Assembly: GCA_951406725.2 (NCBI GenBank)
Contig: OX597820.1
Span: forward strand, 100,068,001-100,132,000
Origin: Octopus vulgaris
Taxonomy: Eukaryota
DNA length: 64,000 nucleotides
Direction of reading: 5' to 3'
Position numbers and translations under genes: made by a program. This document shows positions 42,034 through 56,654 of the stretch, one piece after another (the stretch's first letter is position 1; each line of letters opens with the position of its first letter). Below the pieces are notes generated by a model. That model did not search any database and was not told where the DNA came from. It saw only the letters and a list, made by a program, of their open reading frames with translations.

Positions 42034-42413
42034 GATTGTGAGAGGAGAGAGAAGAAAGAAGAGAAAAAAGAAAAAAAATGTGAACTATATGTGACGAAAA
42101 TGTAACCTCTCGATTCCGGGGATCGAGTGGGCATTTGCATCTCATTGTAAATATTCTTTCATTTGTCATTTTTTATTTTTATTTTTCCCTTCTTGTCATT
42201 TCGCTTTCTTATTTTAAGTTCCCCGATTGTATTGTCCCCTCTATGTTCGCCCCTTGTGGGTAGTAATAAAATCACAGCGAGGAAATTTACCCACGTGTGT
42301 TGTTATCTGTGATTAGAAGTTGAAATTTTGTTGTGTAAAGTGATTAATATCGCGCGAGGCGTTTGCCTCCACGTTTGGAAACCTTCTGAAGAAGGTGAAT
42401 TGACCCTCTAGTC

Positions 42414-43815
42414 ATGGCGACTTACGCGGGGGTCACGGGAAAGAATAATAACGATTCGGCAATAATCGTGAAGGATGTTTTCTTTGAGAAAAGTAAAATC
42501 AAAGAATATGAAAAGCTATTCAAAAGGGAGGGTGATAGCGTGAAGCTAATCCCCCCCGCGAAAGCAAAGGAGGACAAGGAAAACAAAACTGTAACGTATA
42601 GAACCCAGGACAAAAGTACAAAGAAACTGGCAAGAGTGGAGATAGCAGAGATCGAAAAATGTCTGGGAGACATAATGAATAAATCGACCTACGTGAGTAG
42701 AGGAAAAAAATTTGGTACGGTGGAGGTGAGATGTGCAACGGAAGAAATTGCAGCCTCACTGGCTACCACTGTTCTAAGAGCGGAAACATTTATAATGTGG
42801 CCCTCATACAAGGGAAGAAGAGGGGTCCGGGTTAAAATCCCGAATATACCCCCAGAAGTAAAAACAGAATGGCTGGCAACAGCTATTCTAGGAGCAGCAG
42901 AAGAGGAAGTGGAGGTGGAATCCTTTAAGGAGTCCAACGCAGTAAATTGGAGAGGATATGGGGTAGAACTGTGTTTGATGGCCACAAAAGAGGACATTGA
43001 AAGGTTCCCCTATAGAATAGAAATCGAAGACGAGAAAACCCTCAGTGTAATTGTAGAGGGAAGAAAGCCAAACTGCTACTTGTGCGGGACAAGGGGGCAC
43101 ATTAAAAAAGAGTGCCCGTTATATGAATTCATGGCGGAGTATGAGAAGGAAATTGAAGAAAAGAAGAATACGGTAAATGAAAAAGAAAACATAGAAAAGG
43201 AGACAAAACAACAAGAGAAAGGAAATAATAAGTCAACGAAGGAAAAAGAAATAAAAGAAAAGAAAGAAATAGAACCAAAACAGAGTCAGGAAAAGAAAAA
43301 GGAAAAAGAAACAACAGGAAAAAAACAAGAGAGAGATCAGAATCAAACGAAAAGAAAAGACGGCACACAAAAAAGAAAAAGAAAAGGAACATAAAACACG
43401 AGAGAAAGAGAGAACAGACAAAGAACCAAAAAGACAAGAGAAGGAAGAAGAAAGAAAAGAAGGCAAAAAGAGAGAAAGAGAGAAACAAAGAGAGGAGAAC
43501 AAGGAAGAAGTAAGCCCGAAAAGAAAAACGAGAGAAAACGTAGGACGGAAACAAGATTACTACAAGTTAATAACCTTCCATTTCAGCCCCGAAATGAAGG
43601 AATTGACATGTAGTATGGAGGGACATGTGTGGGTCAACAGGATGACTGATCAGTGGCAGGAGACTGCTCTGATCCCCGAAGAAAGAGTCGCTGAGTTCCT
43701 CAGAGCAGCTGGAGAGAGTGTAATTTTTTACACGGGTGTTCGAGTGAAAGAGCGGCTGCCTGAGGGCTCAGTGATTGACTTTAGAGACTTGAAAAGTATT
43801 ATGGAATACGTGTGA
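42414..43815 (+). CDS. ORF1-like protein, copy 14 (A-run frameshift)
   Basis: C7 intact; +1 A near 43372. Confidence 0.75.
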
Positions 43816-44198
43816 GATTGTGAGAGGAGAGAGAAGAAAGAGAGAGAAAAAAAAAAAAAATTGTGAACTATATGTGACGAAAATGTAACCTCTCGATTCC
43901 GGGGATCGAGTGGGCATTTGCATCTCATTGTAAATATTCTTTCATTTGTCATTTTTATTTTTATTTTTTCCCTTCTTGTCATTTCGCTTTCTTATTTTAA
44001 GTTCCCCGATTGTATTGTCCCCTCTATGTTCGCCCCTTGTGGGTAGTAATAAAATCACAGCGAAAGGAAATTTACCCACGTGTGTTGTTATCTGTGATTA
44101 GAAGTTGAAATTTTGTTGTGTAAAGTGATTAATATCGCGCGAGGCGTTTGCCTCCACGTTTGGAAACCTTCAGAAGAAGGTGAATTGACCCTCTAGTC

Positions 44199-45598
44199 AT
44201 GGCGACTTACGCGGGGGTCACGGGAAAGAATAATAATGATTCGGCAATAATCGTGAAGGATGTTTTCTTTGAGAAAAGTAAAATCAAAGAATATGAAAAG
44301 CTATTCAAAAGGGAGGGTGATAGCGTGAAGCTAATCCCCCCGCGAAAGCAAAAGAGGACAAAGAAAACAAAACTGTAACGTATAGAACCCAGGATAAAAG
44401 TACAAAGAAACTGGCAAGAGTGGAGATAGCAGAGATCGAAAAATGTCTGGGAGACATAATGGATAAATCGACCTACGTGAGTAGAGGAAAAAAATTTGGT
44501 ACGGTGGAGGTGAGATGTGCAACGGAAGAAATTGCAGCCTCACTGGCTACCACTGTTCTAAGAGCGGAAACATTTATAATGTGGCCCTCATACAAGGGAA
44601 GAAGAGGGGTCCGGGTTAAAATCCCGAATATACCCCCAGAAGTAAAAACAGAATGGCTGGCAACAGCTATTCTAGGAGCAGCAGAAGAGGAAGTGGAGGT
44701 GGAATCCTTTAAGGAGTCCAACGCAGTAAATTGGAGAGGATATGGGGTAGAACTGTGTTTGATGGCCACAAAAGAGGACATTGAAAGGTTCCCCTATAGA
44801 ATAGAAATCGAAGACGAGAAAACCCTCAGTGTAATTGTAGAGGGAAGAAAGCCAAACTGCTACTTGTGCGGGACAAGGGGGCACATTAAAAAAGAGTGCC
44901 CGTTATATGAATTCATGGCGGAGTTTGAGAAGGAAACTGAAGAAAAGAAGAATACGGTAAATGAAAAAGAAAACATAGAAAAGGAGACAAAACAACAAGA
45001 GAAAGGAAATAATAAGTCAACGAAGGAAAAAGAAATAAAAGAAAAGAAAGAAATAGAACCAAAACAGAGTCAGGAAAAGAAAAAGGAAAAAGAAACAACA
45101 GGAAAAAAACAAGAGAGAGAACAGAATCAAACGAAAAGAAAAGACGGCACACAAAAAGAAAAAGAAAAGGAACATAAAACACGAGAGAAAGAGAGAACAG
45201 ACAAAGAACCAAAAAGACAAGAGAAGGAAGAAGAAAGAAAAGAAGGCAAAAAGAGAGAAAGAGAGAAACAAAGAGAGGAGAACAAGGAAGAAGTAAGCCC
45301 GAAAAGAAAAACGAGAGAAAACGTAGGACGGAAACAAGATTACTACAAGTTAATAACCTTCCATTTCAGCCCCGAAATGAAGGAATTGACATGTAGTATG
45401 GAGGGACATGTGTGGGTCAACAGGATGACTGATCAGTGGCAGGAGACTGCTCTGATCCCCGAAGAAAGAGTCGCTGAGTTCCTCAGAGCAGCTGGAGAGA
45501 GTGTAATTTTTTACACGGGTGTTCGAGTGAAAGAGCGGCTGCCTGAGGGCTCAGTGATTGACTTTAGAGACTTGAAAAGTATTATGGAATACGTGTGA
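44199..45598 (+). CDS. ORF1-like protein, copy 15 (single C-run frameshift)
   Basis: 392 aa open from 44420. Confidence 0.75.
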
Positions 45599-45979
45599 GA
45601 TTGTGAGAGGAGAGAGAGAAGAAGAAGAGAAAAAAGGAAAAAAAAATTGTGAACTATATGTGACGAAAATGTAACCTCTCGATTCCGGGGATCGAGTGGG
45701 CATTTGCATCTCATTGTAAATATTCTTTCATTTGTCATTTTTATTTTTATTTTTTCCTTCTTGTCATTTCGCTTTCTTATTTTAAGTTCCCCGATTGTAT
45801 TGTCCCCTCTATGTTCGCCCCTTGTGGGTAGTAATAAAATCACAGCGAGGAAATTTACCCACGTGTTGTTATCTGTGATTAGAAGTTGAAATTTTGTTGT
45901 GTAAAGTGATTAATATCGCGCGAGGCGTTTGCCTCCACGTTTGGAAACCTTCAGAAGAAGGTGAATTGACCCTCTAGTC

Positions 45980-47379
45980 ATGGCGACTTACGCGGGGGTC
46001 ACGGGAAAGAATAATAATGATTCGGCAATAATCGTGAAGGATGTTTTCTTTGAGAAAAGTAAAATCAAAGAATATGAAAAGCTATTCAAAAGGGAGGGTG
46101 ATAGCGTGAAGCTAATCCCCCCCGCGAAAGCAAAGGAGGACAAGGAAAACAAAACTGTAACGTATAGAACCCAGGACAAAAGTACAAAGAAACTGGCAAG
46201 AGTGGAGATAGCAGAGATCGAAAAATGTCTGGGAGACATAATGGATAAATCGACCTACGTGAGTAGAGGAAAAAATTTGGTACGGTGGAGGTGAGATGTG
46301 CAACGGAAGAAATTGCAGCCTCACTGGCTACCACTGTTCTAAGAGCGGAAACATTTATAATGTGGCCCTCATACAAGGGAAGAAGAGGGGTCCGGGTTAA
46401 AATCCCGAATATACCCCCAGAAGTTAAAACAGAATGGCTGGCAACAGCTATTCTAGGAGCAGCAGAAGAGGAAGTGGAGGTGGAATCCTTTAAGGAGTCC
46501 AACGCAGTAAATTGGAGAGGATATGGGGTAGAACTGTGTTTGATGGCCACAAAAGAGGACATTGAAAGGTTCCCCTATAGAATAGAAATCGAAGACGAGA
46601 AAACCCTCAGTGTAATTGTAGAGGGAAGAAAGCCAAACTGCTACTTGTGCGGGACAAGGGGGCACATTAAAAAAGAGTGCCCGTTATATGAATTCATGGC
46701 GGAGTATGAGAAGGAAACTGAAGAAAAGAAGAATACGGTAAATGAAAAAGAAAACATAGAAAAGGAGACAAAACAACAAGAGAAAGGAAATAATAAGTCA
46801 ACGAAGGAAAAAGAAATAAAAGAAAAGAAAGAAATAGAACCAAAACAGAGTCAGGAAAAGAAAAAGGAAAAAGAAACAACAGGAAAAAAACAAGAGAGAG
46901 AACAGAATCAAACGAAAAGAAAAGACGGCACACAAAAAGAAAAAGAAAAGGAACATAAAACACGAGAGAAAGAGAGAACAGACAAAGAACCAAAAAGACA
47001 AGAGAAGGAAGAAGAAAGAAAAGAAGGCAAAAAGAGAGAAAGAGAGAAACAAAGAGAGGAGAACAAGGAAGAAATAAGCCCGAAAAGAAAAACGAGAGAA
47101 AACGTAGGACGGAAACAAGATTACTACAAGTTAATAACCTTCCATTTCAGCCCCGAAATGAAGGAATTGACATGTAGTATGGAGGGACATGTGTGGGTCA
47201 ACAGGATGACTGATCAGTGGCAGGAGACTGCTCTGATCCCCGAAGAAAGAGTCGCTGAGTTCCTCAGAGCAGCTGGAGAGAGTGTAATTTTTTACACGGG
47301 TGTTCGAGTGAAAGAGCGGCTGCCTGAGGGCTCAGTGATTGACTTTAGAGACTTGAAAAGTATTATGGAATACGTGTGA
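45980..47379 (+). CDS. ORF1-like protein, copy 16 (A-run frameshift)
   Basis: C7 intact; -1 A near 46272. Confidence 0.75.
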
Positions 47380-47760
47380 GATTGTGAGAGGAGAGAGAAG
47401 AAAGAAGAGAAAAAGAAAAAAAAATTGTGAACTATATGTGACGAAAATGTAACCTCTCGATTCCGGGGATCGAGTGGGCATTTGCATCTCATTGTAAATA
47501 TTCTTTCATTTGTCATTTTTATTTTTATTTTTTTCCCTTCTTGTCATTTCGCTTTCTTATTTTAAGTTCCCCGATTGTATTGTCCCCTCTATGTTCGCCC
47601 CTTGTGGGTAGTAATAAAATCACAGCGAGCGAAATTACCACGCGTGTTGTTATCTGTGATTAGAAGTTGAAATTTTGTTGTGTAAAGTGATTAATATCGC
47701 GCGAGGCGTTTGCCTCCACGTTTGGAAACCTTCAGAAGAAGGTGAATTGACCCTCTAGTC

Positions 47761-49160
47761 ATGGCGACTTACGCGGGGGTCACGGGAAAGAATAATAATG
47801 ATTCGGCAATAATCGTGAAGGATGTTTTCTTTGAGAAAAGTAAAATCAAAGAATATGAAAAGCTATTCAAAAGGGAGGGTGATAGCGTGAAGCTAATCCC
47901 CCCCGCGAAAGCAAAAGAGGACAAAGAAAACAAAACTGTAACGTATAGAACCCAGGACAAAAGTACAAAGAAACTGGCAAGAGTGGAGATAGCAGAGATC
48001 GAAAAATGTCTGGGAGACATAATGGATAAATCGACCTACGTGAGTAGAGGAAAAAAATTTGGTACGGTGGAGGTGAGATGTGCAACGGAAGAAATTGCAG
48101 CCTCACTGGCTACCACTGTTCTAAGAGCGGAAACATTTATAATGTGGCCCTCATACAAGGGAAGAAGAGGGGTCCGGGTTAAAATCCCGAATATACCCCC
48201 AGAAGTAAAAACAGAATGGCTGGCAACAGCTATTCTAGGAGCAGCAGAAGAGGAAGTGGAGGTGGAATCCTTTAAGGAGTCCAACGCAGTAAATTGGAGA
48301 GGATATGGGGTAGAACTGTGTTTGATGGCCACAAAAGAGGACATTGAAAGGTTCCCCTATAGAATAGAAATCGAAGACGAGAAAACCCTCAGTGTAATTG
48401 TAGAGGGAAGAAAGCCAAACTGCTACTTGTGCGGGACAAGGGGGCACATTAAAAAAGAGTGCCCGTTATATGAATTCATGGCGGAGTATGAGAAGGAAAC
48501 TGAAGAAAGAAGAATACGGTAAATGAAAAAGAAAACATAGAAAAGGAGACAAAACAACAAGAGAAAGGAAATAATAAGTCAACGAAGGAAAAAGAAATAA
48601 AAGAAAAGAAAGAAATAGAACCAAAACAGAGTCAGGAAAAGAAAAAGGAAAAAGAAACAACAGGAAAAAAACAAGAGAGAGATCAGAATCAAACGAAAAG
48701 AAAAGACGGCACACAAAAAGAAAAAGAAAAGGAACATAAAACACGAGAGAAAGAGAGAACAGACAAAGAACCAAAAAGACAAGAGAAGGAAGAAGAAAGA
48801 AAAGAAGGCAAAAAGAGAGAAAGAGAGAAACAAAGAGAGGAGAACAAGGAAGAAGTAAGCCCGAAAAGAAAAACGAGAGAAAACGTAGGACGGAAACAAG
48901 ATTACTACAAGTTAATAACCTTCCATTTCAGCCCCGAAATGAAGGAATTGACATGTAGTATGGAGGGACATGTGTGGGTCAACAGGATGACTGATCAGTG
49001 GCAGGAGACTGCTCTGATCCCCGAAGAAAGAGTCGCTGAGTTCCTCAGAGCAGCTGGAGAGAGTGTAATTTTTTACACGGGTGTTCGAGTGAAAGAGCGG
49101 CTGCCTGAGGGCTCAGTGATTGACTTTAGAGACTTGAAAAGTATTATGGAATACGTGTGA
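47761..49160 (+). CDS. ORF1-like protein, copy 17 (A-run frameshift)
   Basis: C7 intact; -1 A near 48507. Confidence 0.75.
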
Positions 49161-49539
49161 GATTGTGAGAGGAGAGAGAAGAAAGAAGAGAAAAAAGAAA
49201 AAAAAAATTGTGAACTATATGTGACGAAAATGTAACCTCTCGATTCCGGGGATCGAGTGGGCATTTGCATCTCATTGTAAATATTCTTTCATTTGTCATT
49301 TTTATTTTTATTTTTTCCTTCTTGTCATTTCGCTTTCTTATTTTAAGTTCCCCGATTGTATTGTCCCCTCTATGTTCGCCCCTTGTGGGTAGTAATAAAA
49401 TCACATGCGGAAATCCATTTGCGTGTTGTTATCTGTGATTAGAAGTTGAAATTTTGTTGTGTAAAGTGATTAATATCGCGCGAGGCGTTTGCCTCCACGT
49501 TTGGAAACCTTCAGAAGAAGGTGAATTGACCCTCTAGTC

Positions 49540-50936
49540 ATGGCGACTTACGCGGGGGTCACGGGAAAGAAAATAATGATTCGTCGATAATCGTGAAGGA
49601 TGTTTTCTTTGAGAAAAGTAAAATCAAAGAATATGAAAAGCTATTCAAAAGGGAGGGTGATAGCGTGAAGCTAATCCCCCCGCGAAAGCAAAGGAGGACA
49701 AGGAAAACAAAACTGTAACGTATAGAACCCAGGACAAAAGTACAAAGAAACTGGCAAGAGTGGAGATAGCAGAGATCGAAAAATGTCTGGGAGACATAAT
49801 GGATAAATCGACCTACGTGAGTAGAGGAAAAAATTTGGTACGGTGGAGGTGAGATGTGCAACGGAAGAAATTGCAGCCTCACTGGCTACCACTGTTCTAA
49901 GAGCGGAATCATTTATAATGTGGCCCTCATACAAGGGAAGAAGAGGGGTCCGGGTTAAAATCCCGAATATACCCCCAGAAGTAAAAACAGAATGGCTGGC
50001 AACAGCTATTCTAGGAGCAGCAGAAGAGGAAGTGGAGGTGGAATCCTTTAAGGAGTCCAACGCAGTAAATTGGAGAGGATATGGGGTAGAACTGTGTTTG
50101 ATGGCCACAAAAGAGGACATTGAAAGGTTCCCCTATAGAATAGAAATCGAAGACGAGAAAACCCTCAGTGTAATTGTAGAGGGAAGAAAGCCAAACTGCT
50201 ACTTGTGCGGGACAAGGGGGCACATTAAAAAAGAGTGCCCGTTATAGAATTCATGGCGGAGTATGAGAAGGAAAATGAAGAAAAGAAGAATACGGTAAAT
50301 GAAAAAGAAAACATAGAAAAGGAGACAAAACAACAAGAGAAAGGAAATAATAAGTCAACGAAGGAAAAAGAAATAAAAGAAAAGAAAGAAATAGAACCAA
50401 AACAGAGTCAGGAAAAGAAAAAGGAAAAAGAAACAACAGGAAAAAAACAAGAGAGAGAACAGAACCAAACGAAAAGAAAAGACGGCACACAAAAAGAAAA
50501 AGAAAAGGAACATAAAACACGAGAGAAAGAGAGAACAGACAAAGAACCAAAAAGACAAGAGAAGGAAGAAGAAAGAAAAGAAGGCAAAAAGAGAGAAAGA
50601 GAGAAACAAAGAGAGGAGAACAAGGAAGAAATAAGCCCGAAAAGAAAAACGAGAGAAAACGTAGGACGGAAACAAGATTACTACAAGTTAATAACCTTCC
50701 ATTTCAGCCCCGAAATGAAGGAATTGACATGTAGTACGGAGGGACATGTGTGGGTCAACAGGATGACTGATCAGTGGCAGGAGACTGCTCTGATCCCCGA
50801 AGAAAGAGTCGCTGAGTTCCTCAGAGCAGCTGGAGAGAGTGTAATTTTTTACACGGGTGTTCGAGTGAAAGAGCGGCTGCCTGAGGGCTCAGTGATTGAC
50901 TTTAGAGACTTGAAAAGTATTATGGAATACGTGTGA
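49540..50936 (+). CDS. ORF1-like protein, copy 18 (multiple 1-bp deletions)
   Basis: 4 nt shorter than the intact copy. Confidence 0.65.
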
Positions 50937-51314
50937 GATTGTGAGAGGAGAGAGAAGAAAAAGAGAAAAAAGAAAAAAAAATTGTGAACTATATGTGACG
51001 AAAATGTAACCTCTCGATTCCGGGGATCGAGTGGGCATTTGCATCTCATTGTAAATATTCTTTCATTTGTCATTTTTATTTTTATTTTTTCCCTTCTTGT
51101 CATTTCGCTTTCTTATTTTAAGTTCCCCGATTGTATTGTCCCCTCTATGTTCGCCCCTTGTGGGTAGTAATAAAATCACATCGAGGAAATTTATTTGCGT
51201 GTTGTTATCTGTGATTAGAAGTTGAAATTTTGTTGTGTAAAGTGATTAATATCGCGCGAGGCGTTTGCCTCCACGTTTGGAAACCTTCGAAGAAGGTGAA
51301 TTGACCCTCTAGTC

Positions 51315-52714
51315 ATGGCGACTTACGCGGGGGTCACGGGAAAGAATAATAATGATTCGGCAATAATCGTGAAGGATGTTTTCTTTGAGAAAAGTAAAAT
51401 CAAAGAATATGAAAAGCTATTCAAAAGGGAGGGTGATAGCGTGAAGCTAATCCCCCCGCGAAAGCAAAAGAGGACAAAGAAAACAAAACTGTAACGTATA
51501 GAACCCAGGACAAAAGTACAAAGAAACTGGCAAGAGTGGAGATAGCAGAGATCGAAAAATGTCTGGGAGACATAATGGATAAATCGACCTACGTGAGTAG
51601 AGGAAAAAAATTTGGTACGGTGGAGGTGAGATGTGCAACGGAAGAAATTGCAGCCTCACTGGCTACCACTGTTCTAAGAGCGGAAACATTTATAATGTGG
51701 CCCTCATACAAGGGAAGAAGAGGGGTCCGGGTTAAAATCCCGAATATACCCCCAGAAGTAAAAACAGAATGGCTGGCAACAGCTATTCTAGGAGCAGCAG
51801 AAGAGGAAGTGGAGGTGGAATCCTTTAAGGAGTCCAACGCAGTAAATTGGAGAGGATATGGGGTAGAACTGTGTTTGATGGCCACAAAAGAGGACATTGA
51901 AAGGTTCCCCTATAGAATAGAAATCGAAGACGAGAAAACCCTCAGTGTAATTGTAGAGGGAAGAAAGCCAAACTGCTACTTGTGCGGGACAAGGGGGCAC
52001 ATTAAAAAAGAGTGCCCGTTATATGAATTCATGGCGGAGTATGAGAAGGAAACTGAAGAAAAGAAGAATACGGTAAATGAAAAAGAAAACATAGAAAAGG
52101 AGACAAAACAACAAGAGAAAGGAAATAATAAGTCAACGAAGGAAAAAGAAATAAAAGAAAAGAAAGAAATAGAACCAAAACAGAGTCAGGAAAAGAAAAA
52201 GGAAAAAGAAACAACAGGAAAAAAACAAGAGAGAGATCAGAATCAAACGAAAAGAAAAGACGGCACACAAAAAGAAAAAGAAAAGGAACATAAAACACGA
52301 GAGAAAGAGAGAACAGACAAAGAACCAAAAAGACAAGAGAAGGAAGAAGAAAGAAAAGAAGGCAAAAAGAGAGAAAGAGAGAAACAAAGAGAGGAGAACA
52401 AGGAAGAAGTAAGCCCGAAAAGAAAAACGAGAGAAAACGTAGGACGGAAACAAGATTACTACAAGTTAATAACCTTCCATTTCAGCCCCGAAATGAAGGA
52501 ATTGACATGTAGTATGGAGGGACATGTGTGGGTCAACAGGATGACTGATCAGTGGCAGGAGACTGCTCTGATCCCCGAAGAAAGAGTCGCTGAGTTCCTC
52601 AGAGCAGCTGGAGAGAGTGTAATTTTTTACACGGGTGTTCGAATGAAAGAGCGGCTGCCTGAGGGCTCAGTGATTGACTTTAGAGACTTGAAAAGTATTA
52701 TGGAATACGTGTGA
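51315..52714 (+). CDS. ORF1-like protein, copy 19 (single C-run frameshift)
   Basis: 392 aa open from 51536. Confidence 0.75.
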
Positions 52715-53089
52715 GATTGTGAGAGGAGAGAGAAGAAAGAAAGAAAAAAAAAAAAAAAATTGTGAACTATATGTGACGAAAATGTAACCTCTCGATTCCG
52801 GGGATCGAGTGGGCATTTGCATCTCATTGTAAATATTCTTTCATTTGTCATTTTTATTTTTATTTTTTCCTTTCTTGTCATTTCGCTTTCTTATTTTAAG
52901 TTCCCCGATTGTATTGTCCCCTCTATGTTCGCCCCTTGTGGGTAGTAATAAAATCACATCGGGAAATTTGCGTGTTGTTATCTGTGATTAGACAGTTGAA
53001 ATTTTGTTGTGTAAAGTGATTAATATCGCGCGAGGCGTTTGCCTCCACGTTTGGAAACCTTCCGAAGAAGGTGAATTGACCCTCTAGTC

Positions 53090-54490
53090 ATGGCGACTTA
53101 CGCGGGGGTCACGGGAAAGAAAAATAATGATTCGTCGATAATCGTGAAGGATGTTTTCTTTGAGAAAAGTAAACTCAAAGAATATGAAAAGCTATTCAAA
53201 AGGGAGGGTGATAGCGTGAAGCTAATCCCCCCGCGAAAGCAAAAGAGGACAAAGAAAACAAGACTGTAACGTATAGAACCCAGGACAAAAGTACAAAGAA
53301 ACTGGCAAGAGTGGAGATAGCAGAGATCGAAAAATGTCTGGGAGACATAATGGATAAATCGACCTACGTGAGTAGAGGAAAAAATTTGGTACGGTGGAGG
53401 TGAGATGTGCAACGGAAGAAATTGCAGCCTCACTGGCTACCACTGTTCTAAGAGCGGAAACATTTATAATGTGGCCCTCATACAAGGGAAGAAGAGGGGT
53501 CCGGGTTAAAATCCCGAATATACCCCCAGAAGTAAAAACAGAATGGCTGGCAACAGCTATTCTAGGAGCAGCAGAAGAGGAAGTGGAGGTGGAATCCTTT
53601 AAGGAGTCCAACGCAGTAAATTGGAGAGGATATGGGGTAGAACTGTGTTTGATGGCCACAAAAGAGGACATTGAAAGGTTCCCCTATAGAATAGAAATCG
53701 AAGACGAGAAAACCCTCAGTGTAATTGTAGAGGGAAGAAAGCCAAACTGCTACTTGTGCGGGACAAGGGGGCACATTAAAAAAGAGTGCCCGTTATACGA
53801 ATTCGTAGCGGAGTGCGAGCAGGAACTCGAAGAAAAGAAGAATACGGTAAATGAAAAAGAAAACATAGAAAAGGAAACAAAACAACAAGAGAAAGGAAAT
53901 AATAAGTCAACGAAGGAAAAAGAAATAAAAGAAAAGAAAGAAATAGAACCAAAACAGAGTCAGGAAAAGAAAAAGGAAAAAGAAACAACAGGAAAAAAAC
54001 AAGAGAGAGATCAGAATCAAACGAAAAGAAAAGACGGCACACAAAAAGAAAAAGAAAAGGAACATAAAACACGAGAGAAAGAGAGAACAGACAAAGAACC
54101 AAAAAGACAAGAGAAGGAAGGAGAAAGAAAAGAAGGCAAAAAGAGAGAAAGAGAGAAACAAAGAGAGGAGAACAAGGAAGAAATAAGCCCGAAAAGAAAA
54201 ACGAGAGAAAACGTAGGACGGAAACAAGATTATTCTACAAGTTAATAACCTTCCATTTCAGCCCCGAAATGAAGGAATTGACATGTAGTATGGAGGGACA
54301 TGTGTGGGTCAACAGGATGACTGATCAGTGGCAGGAGACTGCTCTGATCCCCGAAGAAAGAGTCGCTGAGTTCCTCAGAGCAGCTGGAGAGAGTGTAATT
54401 TTTTACACGGGTGTTCGAATGAAAGAGCGGCTGCCTGAGGGCTCAGTGATTGACTTTAGAGACTTGAAAAGTATTATGGAATACGTGTGA
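53090..54490 (+). CDS. ORF1-like protein, copy 20 (frameshifted)
   Basis: C6, -1 A, +2 near 54233; FVAECEQEL variant. Confidence 0.7.
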
Positions 54491-54873
54491 GATTGTGAGA
54501 GGAGAGAGAAGAAAGAAGAGAAAAAAAAAAAAAAAATTGTGAACTATATGTGACGAAAATGTAACCTCTCGATTCCGGGGATCGAGTGGGCATTTGCATC
54601 TCATTGTAAATATTCTTTCATTTGTCATTTTTACTTTTATTTTTTCCTTTTCTTGTCATTTCGCTTTCTTATTTTAAGTTCCCCGATTGTATTGTCCCCT
54701 CTATGTTCGCCCCTTGTGGGTAGTAATAAAATCACATCGAGGAAATTTACCCACGTGTGTTGTTATCTGTGATTAGACGTTGAAATTTTGTTGTGTAAAG
54801 TGATTAATATCGCGCGAGGCGTTTGCCTCCACGTTTGGAAACCTTCCGAAGAAGGTGAATTGACCCTCTAGTC

Positions 54874-56271
54874 ATGGCGACTTACGCGGGGGTCACGGGA
54901 AAGAAAAATAATGATTCGGCAATAATCGTGAAGGATGTTTTCTTTGAGAAGAGTAAACTCAAAGAATATGAAAAACTATTCAAAAGGGAGGGTGATAGCG
55001 TGAAGCTAATCCCCCCGCGAAAGCAAAAGAGGACAAAGAAAACAAGACTGTAACGTATAGAACCCAGGACAAAAGTACAAAGAAACTGGCAAGAGTGGAG
55101 ATAGCAGAGATCGAAAAATGTCTGGGAGACATAATGGATAAATCGACCTACGTGAGTAGAGGAAAAATTTGGTACGGTGGAGGTGAGATGTGCAACGGAA
55201 GAAATTGCAGCCTCACTGGCTACCACTGTTCTAAGAGCGGAAACATTTATAATGTGGCCCTCATACAAGGGAAGAAGAGGGGTCCGGGTTAAAATCCCGA
55301 ATATACCCCCAGAAGTAAAAACAGAATGGCTGGCAACAGCTATTCTAGGAGCAGCAGAAGAGGAAGTGGAGGTGGAATCCTTTAAGGAGTCCAACGCAGT
55401 AAATTGGAGAGGATATGGGGTAGAACTGTGTTTGATGGCCACAAAAGAGGACATTGAAAGGTTCCCCTATAGAATAGAAATCGAAGACGAGAAAACCCTC
55501 AGTGTAATTGTAGAGGGAAGAAAGCCAAACTGCTACTTGTGCGGGACAAGGGGGCACATTAAAAAAGAGTGCCCGTTATACGAATTCGTAGCGGAGTGCG
55601 AGCAGGAACTCGAAGAAAAGAAGAATACGGTAAATGAAAAAGAAAACATAGAAAAGGAAACAAAACAACAAGAGAAAGGAAATAATAAGTCAATGAAGGA
55701 AAAAGAAATAAAAGAAAAGAAAGAAATAGAACCAAAACAGAGTCAGGAAAAGAAAAAGGAAAAAGAAACAACAGGAAAAAAACAAGAGAGAGATCAGAAT
55801 CAAACGAAAAGAAAAGACGGCACACAAAAAGAAAAAGAAAAGGAACATAAAACACGAGAGAAAGAGAGAACAGACAAAGAACCAAAAAGACAAGAGAAGG
55901 AAGAAGAAAGAAAAGAAGGCAAAAAGAGAGAAAGAGAGAAACAAAGAGAGGAGAACAAGGAAGAAATAAGCCCGAAAAGAAAAACGAGAGAAAACGTAGG
56001 ACGGAAACAAGATTACTACAAGTTAATAACCTTCCATTTCAGCCCCGAAATGAAGGAATTGACATGTAGTACGGAGGGACATGTGTGGGTCAACAGGATG
56101 ACTGATCAGTGGCAGGAGACTGCTCTGATCCCCGAAGAAAGAGTCGCTGAGTTCCTCAGAGCAGCTGGAGAGAGTGTAATTTTTTACACGGGTGTTCGAA
56201 TGAAAGAGCGGCTGCCTGAGGGCTCAGTGATTGACTTTAGAGACTTGAAAAGTATTATGGAATACGTGTGA
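54874..56271 (+). CDS. ORF1-like protein, copy 21 (frameshifted)
   Basis: C6 and -2 A; 364 aa open from 55177. Confidence 0.7.
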
Positions 56272-56654
56272 GATTGTGAGAGGAGAGAGAAGAAAGAAGA
56301 GAAAAAAGAAAAAAAAAATTGTGAACTATATGTGACGAAAATGTAACCTCTCGATTCCGGGGATCGAGTGGGCATTTGCATCTCATTGTAAATATTCTTT
56401 CATTTGTCATTTTTACTTTTATTTTTTCCTTTTCTTGTCATTTCGCTTTCTTATTTTAAGTTCCCCGATTGTATTGTCCCCTCTATGTTCGCCCCTTGTG
56501 GGTAGTAATAAAATCACATCGAGGAAATTACCCACGTGTGTTGTTATCTGTGATTAGAAGTTGAAATTTTGTTGTGTAAAGTGATTAATATCGCGCGAGG
56601 CGTTTGCCTCCACCTGTGGAAACCTTCCGAAGAAGGTGAATTGACCCTCTAGTC